A stretch of 64,000 bases of DNA. Origin: Octopus vulgaris. Lineage: Eukaryota. Below are positions 1 to 11,994 of this stretch, piece by piece (positions within the stretch are counted from its first letter, which is position 1; each line of letters begins with the position of its first letter). The notes beneath the pieces were generated by a model. That model made no database searches. It was not told the origin of the DNA and saw only the letters and a list, made by a program, of their open reading frames with translations. The stretch lies in contig OX597820.1 in NCBI GenBank assembly GCA_951406725.2, positions 47,182,001 through 47,246,000 of the forward strand, given 5' to 3'. A program made the translations under genes and the position numbers.

Positions 1-116
1 AACAAGCCACCACCGGCTGTCAACCGTTGGTGAAGACAAGCACTAACATGTAAACGCGGTTTCTGCAATCGACTGAGTCAAAAGTCTATTAGTCTCCGAC
101 GACTCACACAACGCAA

Positions 117-156
117 GCGTCGGTGGTTCACTGGTAGAATGCTCGCCTGCCACGCG
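117..156 (+). pseudogene. 5' 40-nt fragment of tRNA-Gly(GCC)
   Basis: GCGTCGGTGGTTCACTGGTAGAATGCTCGCCTGCCACGCG matches nt 1-40 of the intact genes with one substitution, then stops. It lies between two copies of an ~86-bp duplication. Confidence 0.85.
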
Positions 157-357
157 TAAACAAGCCACCACCGGCTGTCAACTGTTGGTGAAGACAAGCA
201 CTAACATGTAAACGCGGCTTCTGCAATCGACTGAGTCAAAAGTCATTGAAAAGTTTGCAAGTAACCACGACAAGGCCTTGACAAACAACAACAAGACAAA
301 TGACCTAATGTTTAACCAAATTAAACAAGCAATCGATTAGTTAGTTGGATATATATA

Positions 358-755
358 GGCGCAGGAGTGGCTGTGTGGTAAGTCTACCAACCACATGGTT
401 CCGGGTTCAGTCCCACTGCGTGGCACCTTGGGCAAGTGTCTTCTACTATAGCCTCGGGCCGACCAAAGCCTTGTGAGTGGATTTGGTAGACGGAAACTGA
501 AAGAAGCCTGTCGTATATATGTATATATGTGTATGTATGTATGTGTGTGTTTGTGTGTCTGTGTTTGTTCCCCCTAGCATTGCTTGACAACCGATGCTGG
601 TGTGTTTACGTCCCCGTCACTTAGCGGTTCGGCAAAAGAGACCGATAGCATAAGTACTGGGCTTACAAAGAATAAGTCCCGGGGTCGAGTTGCTCGATTA
701 AAGGCGGTGCTCCAGCATGGCCGCAGTCAAATGACTGAAACAAGTAAAAGAGTAA
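358..755 (+). mobile_element. tRNA-derived SINE, family A (dominant octopus-type SINE)
   Basis: Head GGCGCAGGAGTGGCTGTGTGGTAAG...GGTTCAGTCC (A/B boxes), CCTTGGGCAAG core, internal (TA/TG)n, tail GGCGGTGCTCCAGCATGGCCGCAGTC...AAACAAGTAAAAGAG; more than 15 copies in the window. Confidence 0.9.
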
Positions 756-1015
756 CTGACTAGTAATAAGGGGGTGGAATCGAACCAGCAAAATATGAAG
801 TGGTGTCGACACATCTGTAATGTTTGTTCATTGTTGGATAGCTGTAGATTGAATCTAAACAAGCAGCCCGTCCATTGGAATATAGAGAATCGACCTAACG
901 ACTCGGAGTGACAAGCAGACACTGATGATCATGAAACACTGTTAGAGCGTGAGAAATGTTTCAAATGTACTTCGTAAAAAAAATAAATTTTTTTAATAAA
1001 ATATAAAAAAAAAAT

Positions 1016-1065
1016 TGAACACAATCTTTGGAGGCGAGCATTCTATCATTGAACAACCGACGCTT
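1016..1065 (-). pseudogene. Degenerate 5' half of tRNA-Gly
   Basis: Reverse complement reads GCGTCGGTTGTTCAATGATAGAATGCTCGCCTCC, then diverges. Confidence 0.7.
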
Positions 1066-1170
1066 TGGTTGCTGAGAGGTCTGAGATTCCTGTGTTGAAA
1101 CAAATTGTGTTGTGTCTAGTGAGAGTCATTACGCCAATATTATTAACACACGCACTGGTTCGATTCCACA

Positions 1171-1219
1171 AAGCGTCAGTTGTTCAATGATAGAAGCTCA
1201 TCTCTAAAGATTGTATTCA
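1171..1219 (+). pseudogene. Degenerate 5' half of tRNA-Gly, inverted partner of 1016-1065
   Basis: GCGTCAGTTGTTCAATGATAGAAGCTCATCTCTAAAGATTGTATTCA shares private substitutions and the 3' junction with the minus-strand fragment. Confidence 0.65.
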
Positions 1220-2520
1220 GCATCGTTGGTTAATATGGAAACAGAGTTTTTCGCTACGTTGATGGGTAATATACTCGCTTCGGATTGACTAAAATATCCC
1301 AATTTTGCAAAGTTTGAATGCTAATAACTTTTCAATTATGGATTTATTGGAAAATTGAATTTCATTTTCATAATTAGTGTACAAAACGTAATCTAAATAC
1401 CAACTCTGAAAACAATTGGAACAAAATTGTAAGCAGTGACGAAAACCACAAAGATCCGAAATAGGTAATAAATAAACTTCCACTTCTGCTGGAATCGACG
1501 AAATAAATACCAGTTATATAATTTGGGAGTACCAATCCAAACAAACCCCTACCCTTGTACTCTTGTGTATGGTATAAATAGGAGAAGAATGGATGGAGAC
1601 CAATATCCCTGTCTTTCTGACTTGCTTCAAATTTCGATAATTTGATATTTTTAAAGAGATAGTATTTAATGAGCTCCAGTTGAACAGGATTCGATAAAAT
1701 AATACCAGTCATATACTCAGGTTTTCACCATCGAAATGATAGGCTCCTTCGCACAGTTTAACATTGTATTTACTGAAATCAAGTCTTGGATTGGACCAAT
1801 ATTGGTTCCTTCGAAATTGGTTCAAAGGTCGATCATTTTCTAAGCGAGAGAAATAACAAAAATCAGCCAGTTTACATTTTTTATAAAATAGAAATTCAAA
1901 AGGCGCAACTTTTTCACACAGTACTAATCACCCGGCAAGTTTGTTTGGTATCTTTTTTCTTTCCTTTTTTTTTTTACTTAACTCGGTTTTGGACGGTGGC
2001 CATGCTGGGGCATCGCCTTGAAAGGTTTTAATCGAACAAATCGGCGCGAGTACTTATTCCTGAACCACGTTATTTATTTATTCTAGCGGTTCTTTTGTCG
2101 AACTGCTAAGTTACAGGGATGTAAATAAACCACCACCGGTTGTCAAGCAGTGGTGGGAGATACATAAACGCGGCCTTTGCAGTGGAGTAACTGAAGTCGC
2201 TGTAAACTTTGCAAGTATCGACGGATGAGCTTTGACAAACAAAACAAATGAATTAGTGTTTAAGCATATTAAACAATCGATTAGTTGGTTATATTACAAA
2301 TTGGCTAATAAAAAAGAAGTGAAATTGGGCCAGTGCATATGTTAATATTGACATAATGGCTCTCCCTAGATAAGACATAAGCCATTTCAACATACGAAGT
2401 CACAAAGAATTTTGCAAATAAAATACAAGGCCGAAGTTTGTATGTCATGGGGAAAACATCGCAATTGAGAAGTCTCAAATCAAAGAAACATTACGAATCT
2501 CAGATAGCAGTATGACCGAA

Positions 2521-2591
2521 GCGTCGGTTGTTCAGTGGTAGAATGCTCGCCTCCCATGTCAGTGGCCCGGGTTCGATTCCCGGCCGACGCA
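2521..2591 (+). tRNA. tRNA-Gly(CCC) variant, possibly pseudogene (C29:C41 mismatch in anticodon stem)
   Basis: 71-nt cloverleaf with intact A and B boxes, anticodon loop CTCCCAT, 3' stem strand GTCAG and a downstream T-run. Confidence 0.65.
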
Positions 2592-3048
2592 TGATTATAT
2601 TTGCTTTGTTTTTTTTTTTGGCGAAGTACATTTTCGATAAAATAAACTAGGTTTCGTCTAAACTGAGAACCATCTAACAAGAAACTTATAATATATTCGT
2701 TTCTTTTGACGGCATATATGCGAAATATTTCTCACGCGCAGTGTTTCATCAGTGTCTGTCTGTCACTCGAAATCGTTTCGCCGATTCTGTGTAATCCATA
2801 GGACGGACCGCTTGTTCAGAGTTTATCTGCAGCTATGCAACAATAAACTTTACAGATACCTCGGTACCACTTCATGTTTGTTGCTTGTTTCTAATAACTG
2901 GGTGGTGTGGGTTTGGGTGGAATTCTGGTTCATATGATACACCTTTTCGTCTGAAAATTATCTTGAAATTATAAACAGAAACAAATGGAAGATTCGGACT
3001 CTCCATATTTTAAAACGATTCTACGATTGAAAAAAAAAATTCGGGAAA

Positions 3049-3449
3049 GCGCAGGAGTGGCTGTGTGGTAAGTAGCTTGCTAACCAACCACATGGTTCCA
3101 GGTTCAGTCCCACTGCGTGGCACCTTGGGCAAGTGTCTTCTACTATAGCCTCGGGCCGACCAATGCCTTGTGAGTGGATTTGGTAGACGGAAACTGAAAG
3201 AAGCCTGTCGTATATATATATATGTATGTGTTTGTGTGTCTGTGTTTGTCCCTCTAGCATTGTTTGACAACCGATGCTGGTGTGTTTACGTCCCCGTAAC
3301 TTAGCGGTTCGGCAAAAGAGACGGATAGAATAAGTACTGAGCTTACAAAGAATAAGTCCCGGGGTCGATTTGCTCGACTAAAGGCGGTGCTCCAGCATGG
3401 CCGCAGTCAAATGACTGAAACAAGTAAAAGAGTAAAAGAGTAAAGAGTA
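3049..3449 (+). mobile_element. SINE family A
   Basis: Full-length match to the family; (AGAGTAA)n tail. Confidence 0.9.
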
Positions 3450-3835
3450 GAACGTGAAAATTTTAAGAATTATGGAAAAGGGGAGGGCTAGAAAATTTTT
3501 GAATTACTACTTTTTATTTGTTTACATAATCGTATATGATTTCCTGTGTGTAAAACAGTCGCAAAAATATTCTGAAAATTCCAAAAAATACAAGTTATGG
3601 GAGGTTATATGAAGTGCTTAAACCAGAATGCCGCCTGGATTTGAAATTATGATGTAGTGGAGTGAAAGAAAGTCGATATAAAATCTCTGTGATGTTAGGT
3701 TTGGCTGATGAGTTACTCTCATTGCACGTCCTGTATAAAATCGTTGCTTTGAAAGATGTAAGTAATAAATAAACTTCCATTTCTGCTGGAACCGACGAAA
3801 TAAATACCGGTTATAAGCTTTGGGATTCACAACCT

Positions 3836-4207
3836 GGTACTTTTGGTTATCTCCCCAACTAAAAAAAATTGTTTAACCCTCAATAAAAAAAAAACAAAAT
3901 TAAAACATTAATAAACATGAAAAGCAAAAAGATCAAACGTCTTATTGAATCTGATAATATTTTTATAACAAATCATACAAAACTGAAAAAATTAAACATC
4001 TTATTGGAATCTAATAACATTTTTATAACATATCATACCAAGCCTGTTGAGGAGGCCAAATTTTGTCAACAACGTGTTGAAGTATTGAATCAAAAGGATG
4101 TATTTTAATCCAATCTCGTCACCGCATAAACTCAATAGTTTAGAGGGGAGATAATCCAATTTTTTAATGGCAATTTTTTAATGGTGTCTAGATAACCAAA
4201 ATGTACC
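3836..4207. mobile_element. MITE-like insertion with ~17-bp TIRs
   Basis: GGTACTTTTGGTTATCT ... AGATAACCAAAATGTACC; absent from the paralogous site near 1525-1535; internal ~57-bp tandem duplication. Confidence 0.6.
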
Positions 4208-4442
4208 AACAATCCAAACAAACCCCTACCCTTACAATCTTGTGTCTAGTATAAAAAGAAAGAAGTGGGTGATGGCCAATATCCCTGTCTTTTTGACTTG
4301 ATTCAAATTTTGATAATTTCAGAAAAACGAGCAGATAACAAATTGAGAGATGTTAATTTAGAGAAACACTTTTATAATTTTATCACTAGTTACTGATAGC
4401 TGTGAATAAAGACTCTTAATCTTAAGAAATGTACTCATGGAA

Positions 4443-4513
4443 GCGTCGGTGGTTCAGTGGTAGAATGCTCGCCTGCCACGCGGGCGGCCCGGGTTCGATT
4501 CCCGGCCGACGCA
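4443..4513 (+). tRNA. trnG-GCC: tRNA-Gly(GCC)
   Basis: GCGTCGGTGGTTCAGTGGTAGAATGCTCGCCTGCCACGCGGGCGGCCCGGGTTCGATTCCCGGCCGACGCA; full cloverleaf, T-run terminator about 10 nt downstream. Confidence 0.97.
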
Positions 4514-4857
4514 TCTTCGTAATTTTTAATTTTAAATAAATTAAAATGTATCACCTATTTACAAATTATATCAATTCTTTTCTTTGTTTCAGTCATTTGA
4601 CAGCGGCCATACTGGAGCACCGCTTTACATGTCTGTCATTTTTAAAGAAATTGTAATTAATGAGCTTAAGTCGGCCAGAGTTCGTTAAAATAATACCAGT
4701 CATACTTCGGTTTTCGCCATCGAAATGATAGGCTCCGTTGTACAGTTTAACATTGCACTTACTGAAAGCGAGTCGTGGGGTGGACCAATATCGGTTCCTT
4801 CGAAATTGGTTCAAAGTTCGATCATCTTCAAAGCGAGAGAAGTAGTTGATAAAGACT

Positions 4858-5242
4858 GGATGGAAGCACTCCGTCGGTTACGACGACGAGGGTTCCGGTT
4901 GATCCGAATCAACGGAACAGCCTGCTCGTGAAATTAACGTGTAAGTGGCTGAGCACGCCACAGACACGTGTACCCTTAACGTAGTTCTCGGGGATATTCA
5001 GCGTGACACAGAGAGTGACAAGGCCGGCCCTTTGAAATACAGGTACAACAGAAACAGGAAGTAAGAGTGAGAGAAAGTTGTGGTGAAAGAGTACAGCAGG
5101 GATCACCACCATCCCCTGCCGGAGCCTCGTGGAGCTTTAGGTGTTTTCGCTCAACACTCACAACGTCCGGTCTGGGAATCGAAACCGCGATCCTATGACC
5201 GCGAGTCCGCTGCCCTAACCACTGGGCCATTGCGCCTCCACG
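4858..5242 (-). mobile_element. tRNA-derived SINE (separate family), recent insertion with 14-bp TSD
   Basis: Minus-strand head GGAGGCGCAATGGCCCAGTGGTTAGGGCAGCGG...GGTTTCGATTCC. TSD AGTTGATAAAGACT at 4844-4857 and 5243-5256. Empty site at ~10223 in the next repeat unit. Confidence 0.9.
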
Positions 5243-5593
5243 AGTTGATAAAGACTAGGCTTCGTCTGAACTGAGAGCCATCGACCAAGAAACTTACAAT
5301 ATGTTCGATTCTTTTGACGAAATACATTTGAAACATTTCTCACGTTCAAACTGTGTTTCATGAGTGTCAGTGTTTGCCTGTCACCCGAAATCGTTGCGCC
5401 CATTCTCTATAATCCATAGGACGGACTGCTTGTTCAGAGTTTATCTGCAGCTATACCACAATACATTTTACAGATGTGTCGACACCACTTCATGTTTGCT
5501 GCTTGTTTCTAATACCTGGGCACAACACTGGATCAACCATTCAGCAAAATAAGCATATCTTTAGGGCGTCAAGGGAAGGAGGGGGCACCACAG

Positions 5594-6241
5594 GGATCTT
5601 TTCCTTTTGTATGGCAGTTTTCAACACAATTTCTAGTTAACTAAACACTTTGAAACTTCGTATACTGGTAGAATGTGTCAAAATAAAACATTTTTTCTCT
5701 TGGCTTTCTTGAGAAAATTGTAATTTGTAAGTTTAACGCAGATTAATTTTTCGAATTTTAACCAATCCTATGCCCTCTATTGAGCTAAAATCATTTGCTG
5801 CGTCTAAAACTGAGACAACATCCTGTCACTAGCCCTAACCCTAAATGTTAGCCTTTCGTTTGTTTTTTTTTCTTAATTGTTAAATCAAAATTATTTTCCA
5901 TTGCTTTCGTTTTAGCCTTTCGTTTTTTTTTTCCTAATTGTTATCCTTAAATTAATTTAACAATTAAGAAAAAAAAACGAAAGGCTAAAATTTAGGGTTA
6001 GGGTTAGTGACAGGATGTTGTCTGTTTTAGACGCAGCAAATGATTTTAGCTCTATTGAGGGCATAGGATTGGTTAAAATTCGAAAAATTAAACTACATTA
6101 AACTTACAAATTACAATTTTCTCAAGAAAGACAAGAGAAAAAAATGTTTTATTTTGACACATTCTACCAGTATACGAAGTTTTAAAGTGTTTAGTTAACT
6201 AGAAATTGTGTTGAAAACTGCCGTTCAAAAGGAAAAGATCC
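5594..6241. mobile_element. Foldback/MITE with ~290-bp TIRs containing (TTAGGG)n
   Basis: GGATCTTTTCCTTTTG ... CAAAAGGAAAAGATCC; the arms are near-perfect reverse complements; CCCTAA x2 and TTAGGG x2 lie inside the arms. Confidence 0.9.
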
Positions 6242-6557
6242 CGCCCATTCTCTATAATCCATAGGACGGACTGCTTGTTCAGAGTTTATCTGCAGCTATA
6301 CCACAATGTATTTTACAGATGTGTCGACTCCACTTCATGTTTGCTGCTTGTTTCTAATAGCTGGGCACAACACTGGATCAACTATTCAGCAAAATAAGCA
6401 TATCTTTAGGGCGTCAAGGGAATGAGGGGGCACCACAGGAATGGTAAATGGTTTACGGCAGAAAAGGAATCACTTTAAACTTGCTAAAATAATACTCGGG
6501 ATGCCTTTACCTTTACTTAGTATAGGTGCAGATGCGTTACCTAAGTTTAATTTTGAG

Positions 6558-6714
6558 AGGAGTGGCTTTGTAGTAAGTTACTTGCTTACCAACCACATGG
6601 TTCCGGGTTCAGTCCCACTGCGTGGCATCTTGGGCAAGTGTCTTCTGCTATAACCTCGGGCCGACCAATGCCTTGTGAGTGGATTTGGTAGACGGAAACT
6701 GAAAGAAGCCCGTC

Positions 6715-6755
<41 letters not shown>

Positions 6756-6985
6756 TGTGTGTGTTTGTATGTCTGTGTTTGTCCCCTTAGCATTGCTTGA
6801 CAACCGATGCTGGTGTGTTTATGTCCCCGTTACTTAGCGGTTCGGCAAAACAGAACGATAGAATAAGCACTGGGCTTACAAAAGAATAAGTCCCCGGGTC
6901 GAGTTGCTCGACTAAAGGCGGTGCTCCAGCATGGCCGCAGTCAAATGACTGAAACAAGTAAAAGAGTAAAAGAATAAAAGAGTAA
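6558..6985 (+). mobile_element. SINE family A
   Basis: Full family match; absent from the inverted paralog at ~18525. Confidence 0.9.
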
Positions 6986-7349
6986 AGTCTTTGCAATTCA
7001 AAAACGTAGGAGGAAGCTTTTCAAATATAAATAAAGTGGAAGTATACAAAAATAAAAATTATTTTCCCTCTTACTGTTTTGTTTCGTTTTGAAAAATAAA
7101 TATTCTATTTTATGGTTTTTTATTTTTTATATTTTGAATTACATAATCTTTTATGGGGGGCACCAAAATCTTGTCAGTGCTTAGGGCCTCGATGGGTCTT
7201 AATCCGACCCTGGCTGGGCGAAATGAATTTGGGTGGAATTCTGGTTCAAATGACACATCTTTGTGTCTGAAAACACTTTTACAATTTTATCACTAGTTAC
7301 TGGTAGCTTTGAATAAAGATTATTAATCTTAGGAAATGTACTCAGGGAA

Positions 7350-7420
7350 GCGTCGGTGGTTCAGTGGTAGAATGCTCGCCTGCCACGCGGGCGGCCCGGG
7401 TTCGATTCCCGGCCGACGCA
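7350..7420 (+). tRNA. trnG-GCC: tRNA-Gly(GCC)
   Basis: Identical to 4443-4513. Confidence 0.97.
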
Positions 7421-7811
7421 TCTTCGTAACTTTTAATTTTAAAATAAATAAATAAAATGTAACACCTATTTGCAAATCAAATCTATTCTTTTATTTGTTT
7501 CGGTCATTTAACTGCGGCCATACTGGAGCACTCGGACAGCTCGTTAAAATAACACCAGTCATATACTCAGGTTGTCACCATCGAAATGATAGTCTCCGTT
7601 GTACAGTTTAACATTGCACTTACTGAAAGCGAGTCATGGGATGAACCAATATCGGTTCCTTCGAAATTGGTTCGAAGTTCCGTCATTTTCAAAGCGAGAG
7701 ACATTACAAACATGATCCAGTTTACATTTTTATGTAAAAGGGAAATTCAAAAGGTGCAGCTTTTTCACACAATGCAATCCAGCCAGCAGGTTTCTAAGTG
7801 GTATCTTCTAT

Positions 7812-7862
<51 letters not shown>

Positions 7863-8437
7863 CTTGTCTTAGTCACTGGACTTCAGCCATGCTGGGGCAC
7901 CACCTTGAAAGGTGTTAGTCGAACAAATCGGCGCCAGTACTTATTTCTGTAGCCTAGTACTTACTTACTCTATCGGTTTATTTGCCGAACAGCTAAGTTA
8001 CGGGGGACGTAAATAAACCTCCACCGGTTGTCAAGTGGCGGTGGGAGACAAACACAAACACATAAACGCGGCCTCCGCAACGGACTAAGTGAAAAGTCAG
8101 TGTAACGGTTGCAAGTAGCAACGAAAGAGCTTTGAGAAACAAAAACTAAACGAATGACCTTCTGTTTGATCAAATTAAACAAATAATCTATTAGTTATTT
8201 GGCTATATTACAGTGATTAATAATAGAGGTATGAAATTGAACCAGTACGTGTGTTCATAATATTGACATAATGGCTCACCCTATATAAGACAGAAGCCAT
8301 TTCAACATACGAAGTCACATAAAGAATTTTGCAAACAAAATACAAGGCCGAAGTTTGTATGTCATGGAGAAAACATCGCAATTGAGAAGTCTCAAATCAG
8401 AGAAACATTACGAATCTCAGATAGCAGTATGACCGAA

Positions 8438-8508
8438 GCGTCGGTTGTTCAGTGGTAGAATGCTCGCCTCCCATGTGAGTGGCCCGGGTTCGATTCCCGG
8501 CCGACGCA
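8438..8508 (+). tRNA. trnG-CCC: tRNA-Gly(CCC), derived from the GCC family
   Basis: Intact acceptor, D and T arms; anticodon stem CTCGC/GTGAG fully paired (one G-U); loop CTCCCAT; downstream T-runs. Confidence 0.8.
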
Positions 8509-8971
8509 TGATTATATTTGCTTTGTTTTTTTGTTTTTTTTGACGAAGTACATTTTCGATAAAATAAACTAGGTTTCGTCTAAACTGAGAACCATCTAAC
8601 AAGAAACTTATAATATATTCGTTTCTTTTGACGGCATATATTTGAAATATTTTTCACGCGCAGTGTTTCATCAGTGTCTGCCCGTCACTCGAAATCGTTT
8701 CGCCGATTCTGTGTAATCCATAGGACGGACCGCTTGTCCAGAGTTTATATGCAGCTATACAACAATAAACTCTACAGATACCTCGGTACCACTTCATGTT
8801 TGTTGCTTGTTTCTAATAGCTGGGTGGTGTGGAATTGGGTGGAATTCTGGTTCATATGATACACCTTTTCGTCTGAAAATTATCTTGAAATTATAAACAG
8901 AAACAAATGGAAGATTCGGACTCTCCATATTTTAAAACGATTCTATGATTAAAAAAAAAAAATTCGGGAAA

Positions 8972-9370
8972 GCGCAGGAGTGGCTGTGTGGTAAGTAGCT
9001 TGCTAACCAACCACATGGTTCCGGGTTCAGTCCCACTGCGTGGCATCTTGGGCAAGTGTCTTCTGCTATAGCCTCGGGCCGACCAATGCCTTGTGAGTGG
9101 ATTTGGTAGACGGAAACTGAAAGAAGCCTATCGTATATATGTATGTGTGTGTATGTGTTTGTGTGTCTGTGTTTGTCCCTCTAGCATTGCTTGACAACCG
9201 ATGCTGGTGTGTTTACATCCCCGTAACTTAGCGGTTCGGCAAAAGAGAACGATAGAATAAGTACTGGGCTTCCCAAGAATAAGTCCTGGGGTCGATTTGC
9301 TCGACTAAAGGCGGTGCTCCAGCATGGCCGCAGTCAAATGACTGAAACAAGTAAAAGAGTAAAGAGTAAA
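8972..9370 (+). mobile_element. SINE family A
   Basis: Paralog of 3049-3449 in the second repeat unit. Confidence 0.9.
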
Positions 9371-9822
9371 GCGTGAAAATTTTAAGAATTATGGAAAAGG
9401 GGAGGGCTAGAAAATTTTTGAATTACTACTTTTTATTTGTTTACATAATCGTATGATTTCCTGTGTGTAAAACAGTCGCAAAAATATTCTGAAAATTCCA
9501 AAAAAATACAAGTTATGGGAGGTTATATGAACCAGAATGCCGCCTGGATTTGAAATTATGATGTAGTGGAGAGTGGAGAAAGTCGATGTAAAATCTCTGT
9601 GATGTTAGGTTTGGCTGATGAGTTCCTCTCATTGCACGTCCTGTATAAAATCGTTGCTTTGAAAGATGGAAGTAATAAATAAACTTCCATTTCTGCTGGA
9701 ATCGAAACGAGCAGATAACAAATTGAGAGATGTTAATTTAGAGAAACACTTTTATAATTTTATCACTAGTTACTGATAGCTGTGAATAAAGATCATTAAT
9801 CTTTGGAAACGTACTCATGGAA

Positions 9823-9893
9823 GCGTCGGTGGTTCAGTGGTAGAATGCTCGCCTGCCACGCGGGCGGCCCGGGTTCGATTCCCGGCCGACGCA
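9823..9893 (+). tRNA. trnG-GCC: tRNA-Gly(GCC)
   Basis: Identical to 4443-4513. Confidence 0.97.
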
Positions 9894-10573
9894 TCTTCGT
9901 AATTCTTAATTTTAAATAAATAAAGTGTATCACCTATTTACAAATCATACCAATTCTTTTCTTTGTTTCAGTCATTTGACAGCGGCTATACTGGAGCACC
10001 GCCTTACATGTCTGACATTTTTAAAGAAATTGTAATTAATGAGATTAAGTCGGCCAGAGTTCGTTAAAATAATACCAGTCATACTCAGGTTGTCACCATC
10101 GAAATGATAGGCTCCGTTGTACAGTTTAACATTGCACTTACTGAAAGCGAGTCGTGGGGTGGACCAATATCGGTTCCTTCGAAATTGGTTCAAAGTTCGA
10201 TCATCTTCAAAGCGAGAGAAGTAGTTGATAAAGACTAGGCTTCGTCTGAACTGAGAGCCATCGACCAAGAAACTTACAATATGTTCGATTCTTTTGACGA
10301 AATACATTTGAAACATTTCTCACGTTCAAACCGTGTTTCATGAGTGTCAGTGTTTGCCTGTCACCCGAAATCGTTGCGCCCATTCTCTATAATCCATAGG
10401 ACGGACTGCTTGTTCAGAGTTTATCTGCAGCTATACCACAATATATTTTACAGATGTGTCGACGCCACTTCATGTTTGCTGCTTGTTTCTAATACCTGGG
10501 CACAACACTGGATCAACCATTCAGCAAAATAAGCATATCTTTAGGGCGTCAAGGGAAGGAGGGGGCACCACAG

Positions 10574-11231
10574 GGATCTTTTCCTTTTGAATGGCAGTTT
10601 TGAACACAATTTCTAGTTAACTAAACACTTTGAAACTTCGTATACTGGTAGAATGTGTCAAAATAAAACATTTTTCTCTTGGCTTTCTTGAGAAAATTGT
10701 AATTTGTAAGTTTAACGTAGTTTAATTTTTCGAATTTTAACCAATCCTATGCCCTCTATTGAGCTAAAATCATTTGCTGCGTCTAAAACTGAGACAACAT
10801 CCTGTCACTAACCCTAACCCTAACCCTAACCCTAAATGTTAAACTTTCGTTTTTTTTTTCTTAATTGTTAAATCAAAATTATTTTCCATTGCTTTCGTTT
10901 TAGCCTTTCGGTTTTTTTTTCCTAATTGTTATCCTTAAATTAATTTAACAATTAAGAAAAAAAAAACGAAAGGCTAAAATTTAGGGTTAGGGTTAGTGAC
11001 AGGATGTTGTCTGTTTTAGACGCAGCAAATGATTTTAGCTCTATTGAGGGCATAGGATTGGTTAAAATTCGAAAAATTAAACTACATTAAACTTACAAAT
11101 TACAATTTTCTCAAGAAAGACAAGAGAAAAAAATGTTTTATTTTGACACGTTCTACCAGTATACGAAGTTTTAAAGTGTTTAGTTAACTAGAAATTGTGT
11201 TGAAAACTGCCGTTCAAAAGGAAAAAGATCC
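10574..11231. mobile_element. Foldback/MITE with TTAGGG repeats, second copy
   Basis: Paralog of 5594-6241; (CCCTAA)4 at 10812-10835. Confidence 0.9.
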
Positions 11232-11547
11232 CGCCCATATTCTATAATCCATAGGACGGACTGCTTGTTCAGAGTTTATCTGCAGCTATACCACAATGTA
11301 TTTTACAGATGTGTCGACTCCACTTCATGTTTGCTGCTTGTTTCTAATAGCTGGGCACAACACTGGATCAACTATTCAGCAAAATAAGCATATCTTTAGG
11401 GCGTCAAGGGAATGAGGGGGCACCACAGGAATGGTAAATGGTTTACGGCAGAAAAGGAATCACTTTAAACTTGCTAAAATAATACTCGGGATGCCTTTAC
11501 CCTTACTTAGTATAGGTGCAGATGTGTTACCTAAGTTTAATTTTGAG

Positions 11548-11707
11548 AGGAGTGGCTTTGTGGTAAGTAGCTTGCTTACCAACCACATGGTTCCGGGTTC
11601 AGTCCCACTGCGTGGCATCTTGGGCAAGTGTCTTCTGCTATAGCCTCGGGCCGACCAGTGCCTTGTGAGTGGATTTGGTAGACGGAAACTGAAAGAAGCC
11701 CGTCGTA

Positions 11708-11763
<56 letters not shown>

Positions 11764-11994
11764 TGTGTGTGTTTGTATGTCTGTGTTTGTCCCCTTAGCA
11801 TTGCTTGACAACCGATGCTGGTGTGTTTATGTCCCCGTTACTTAGCGGTTCGGCAAAACAGAACGATAGAATAAGCACTGGGCTTACAAAAGAATAAGTC
11901 CCCGGGTCGAGTTGCTCGACTAAAGGCGGTGCTCCAGCATGGCCGCTGTCAAATGACTGAAACAAGTAAAAGAGTAAAAGAATAAAAGAGTAAA
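11548..11994 (+). mobile_element. SINE family A
   Basis: Paralog of 6558-6985. Confidence 0.9.

Larger units (their letters stand above)
5523..7212. mobile_element. Non-autonomous hAT-like element hosting a foldback element and a SINE
   Basis: Degenerate termini CAACACTGGATCA / TAATCCGACCCTG; 8-bp TSD (G/C)CTGGGCA / GCTGGGCG; empty-site version seen at ~2897 and ~8819. Confidence 0.65.
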
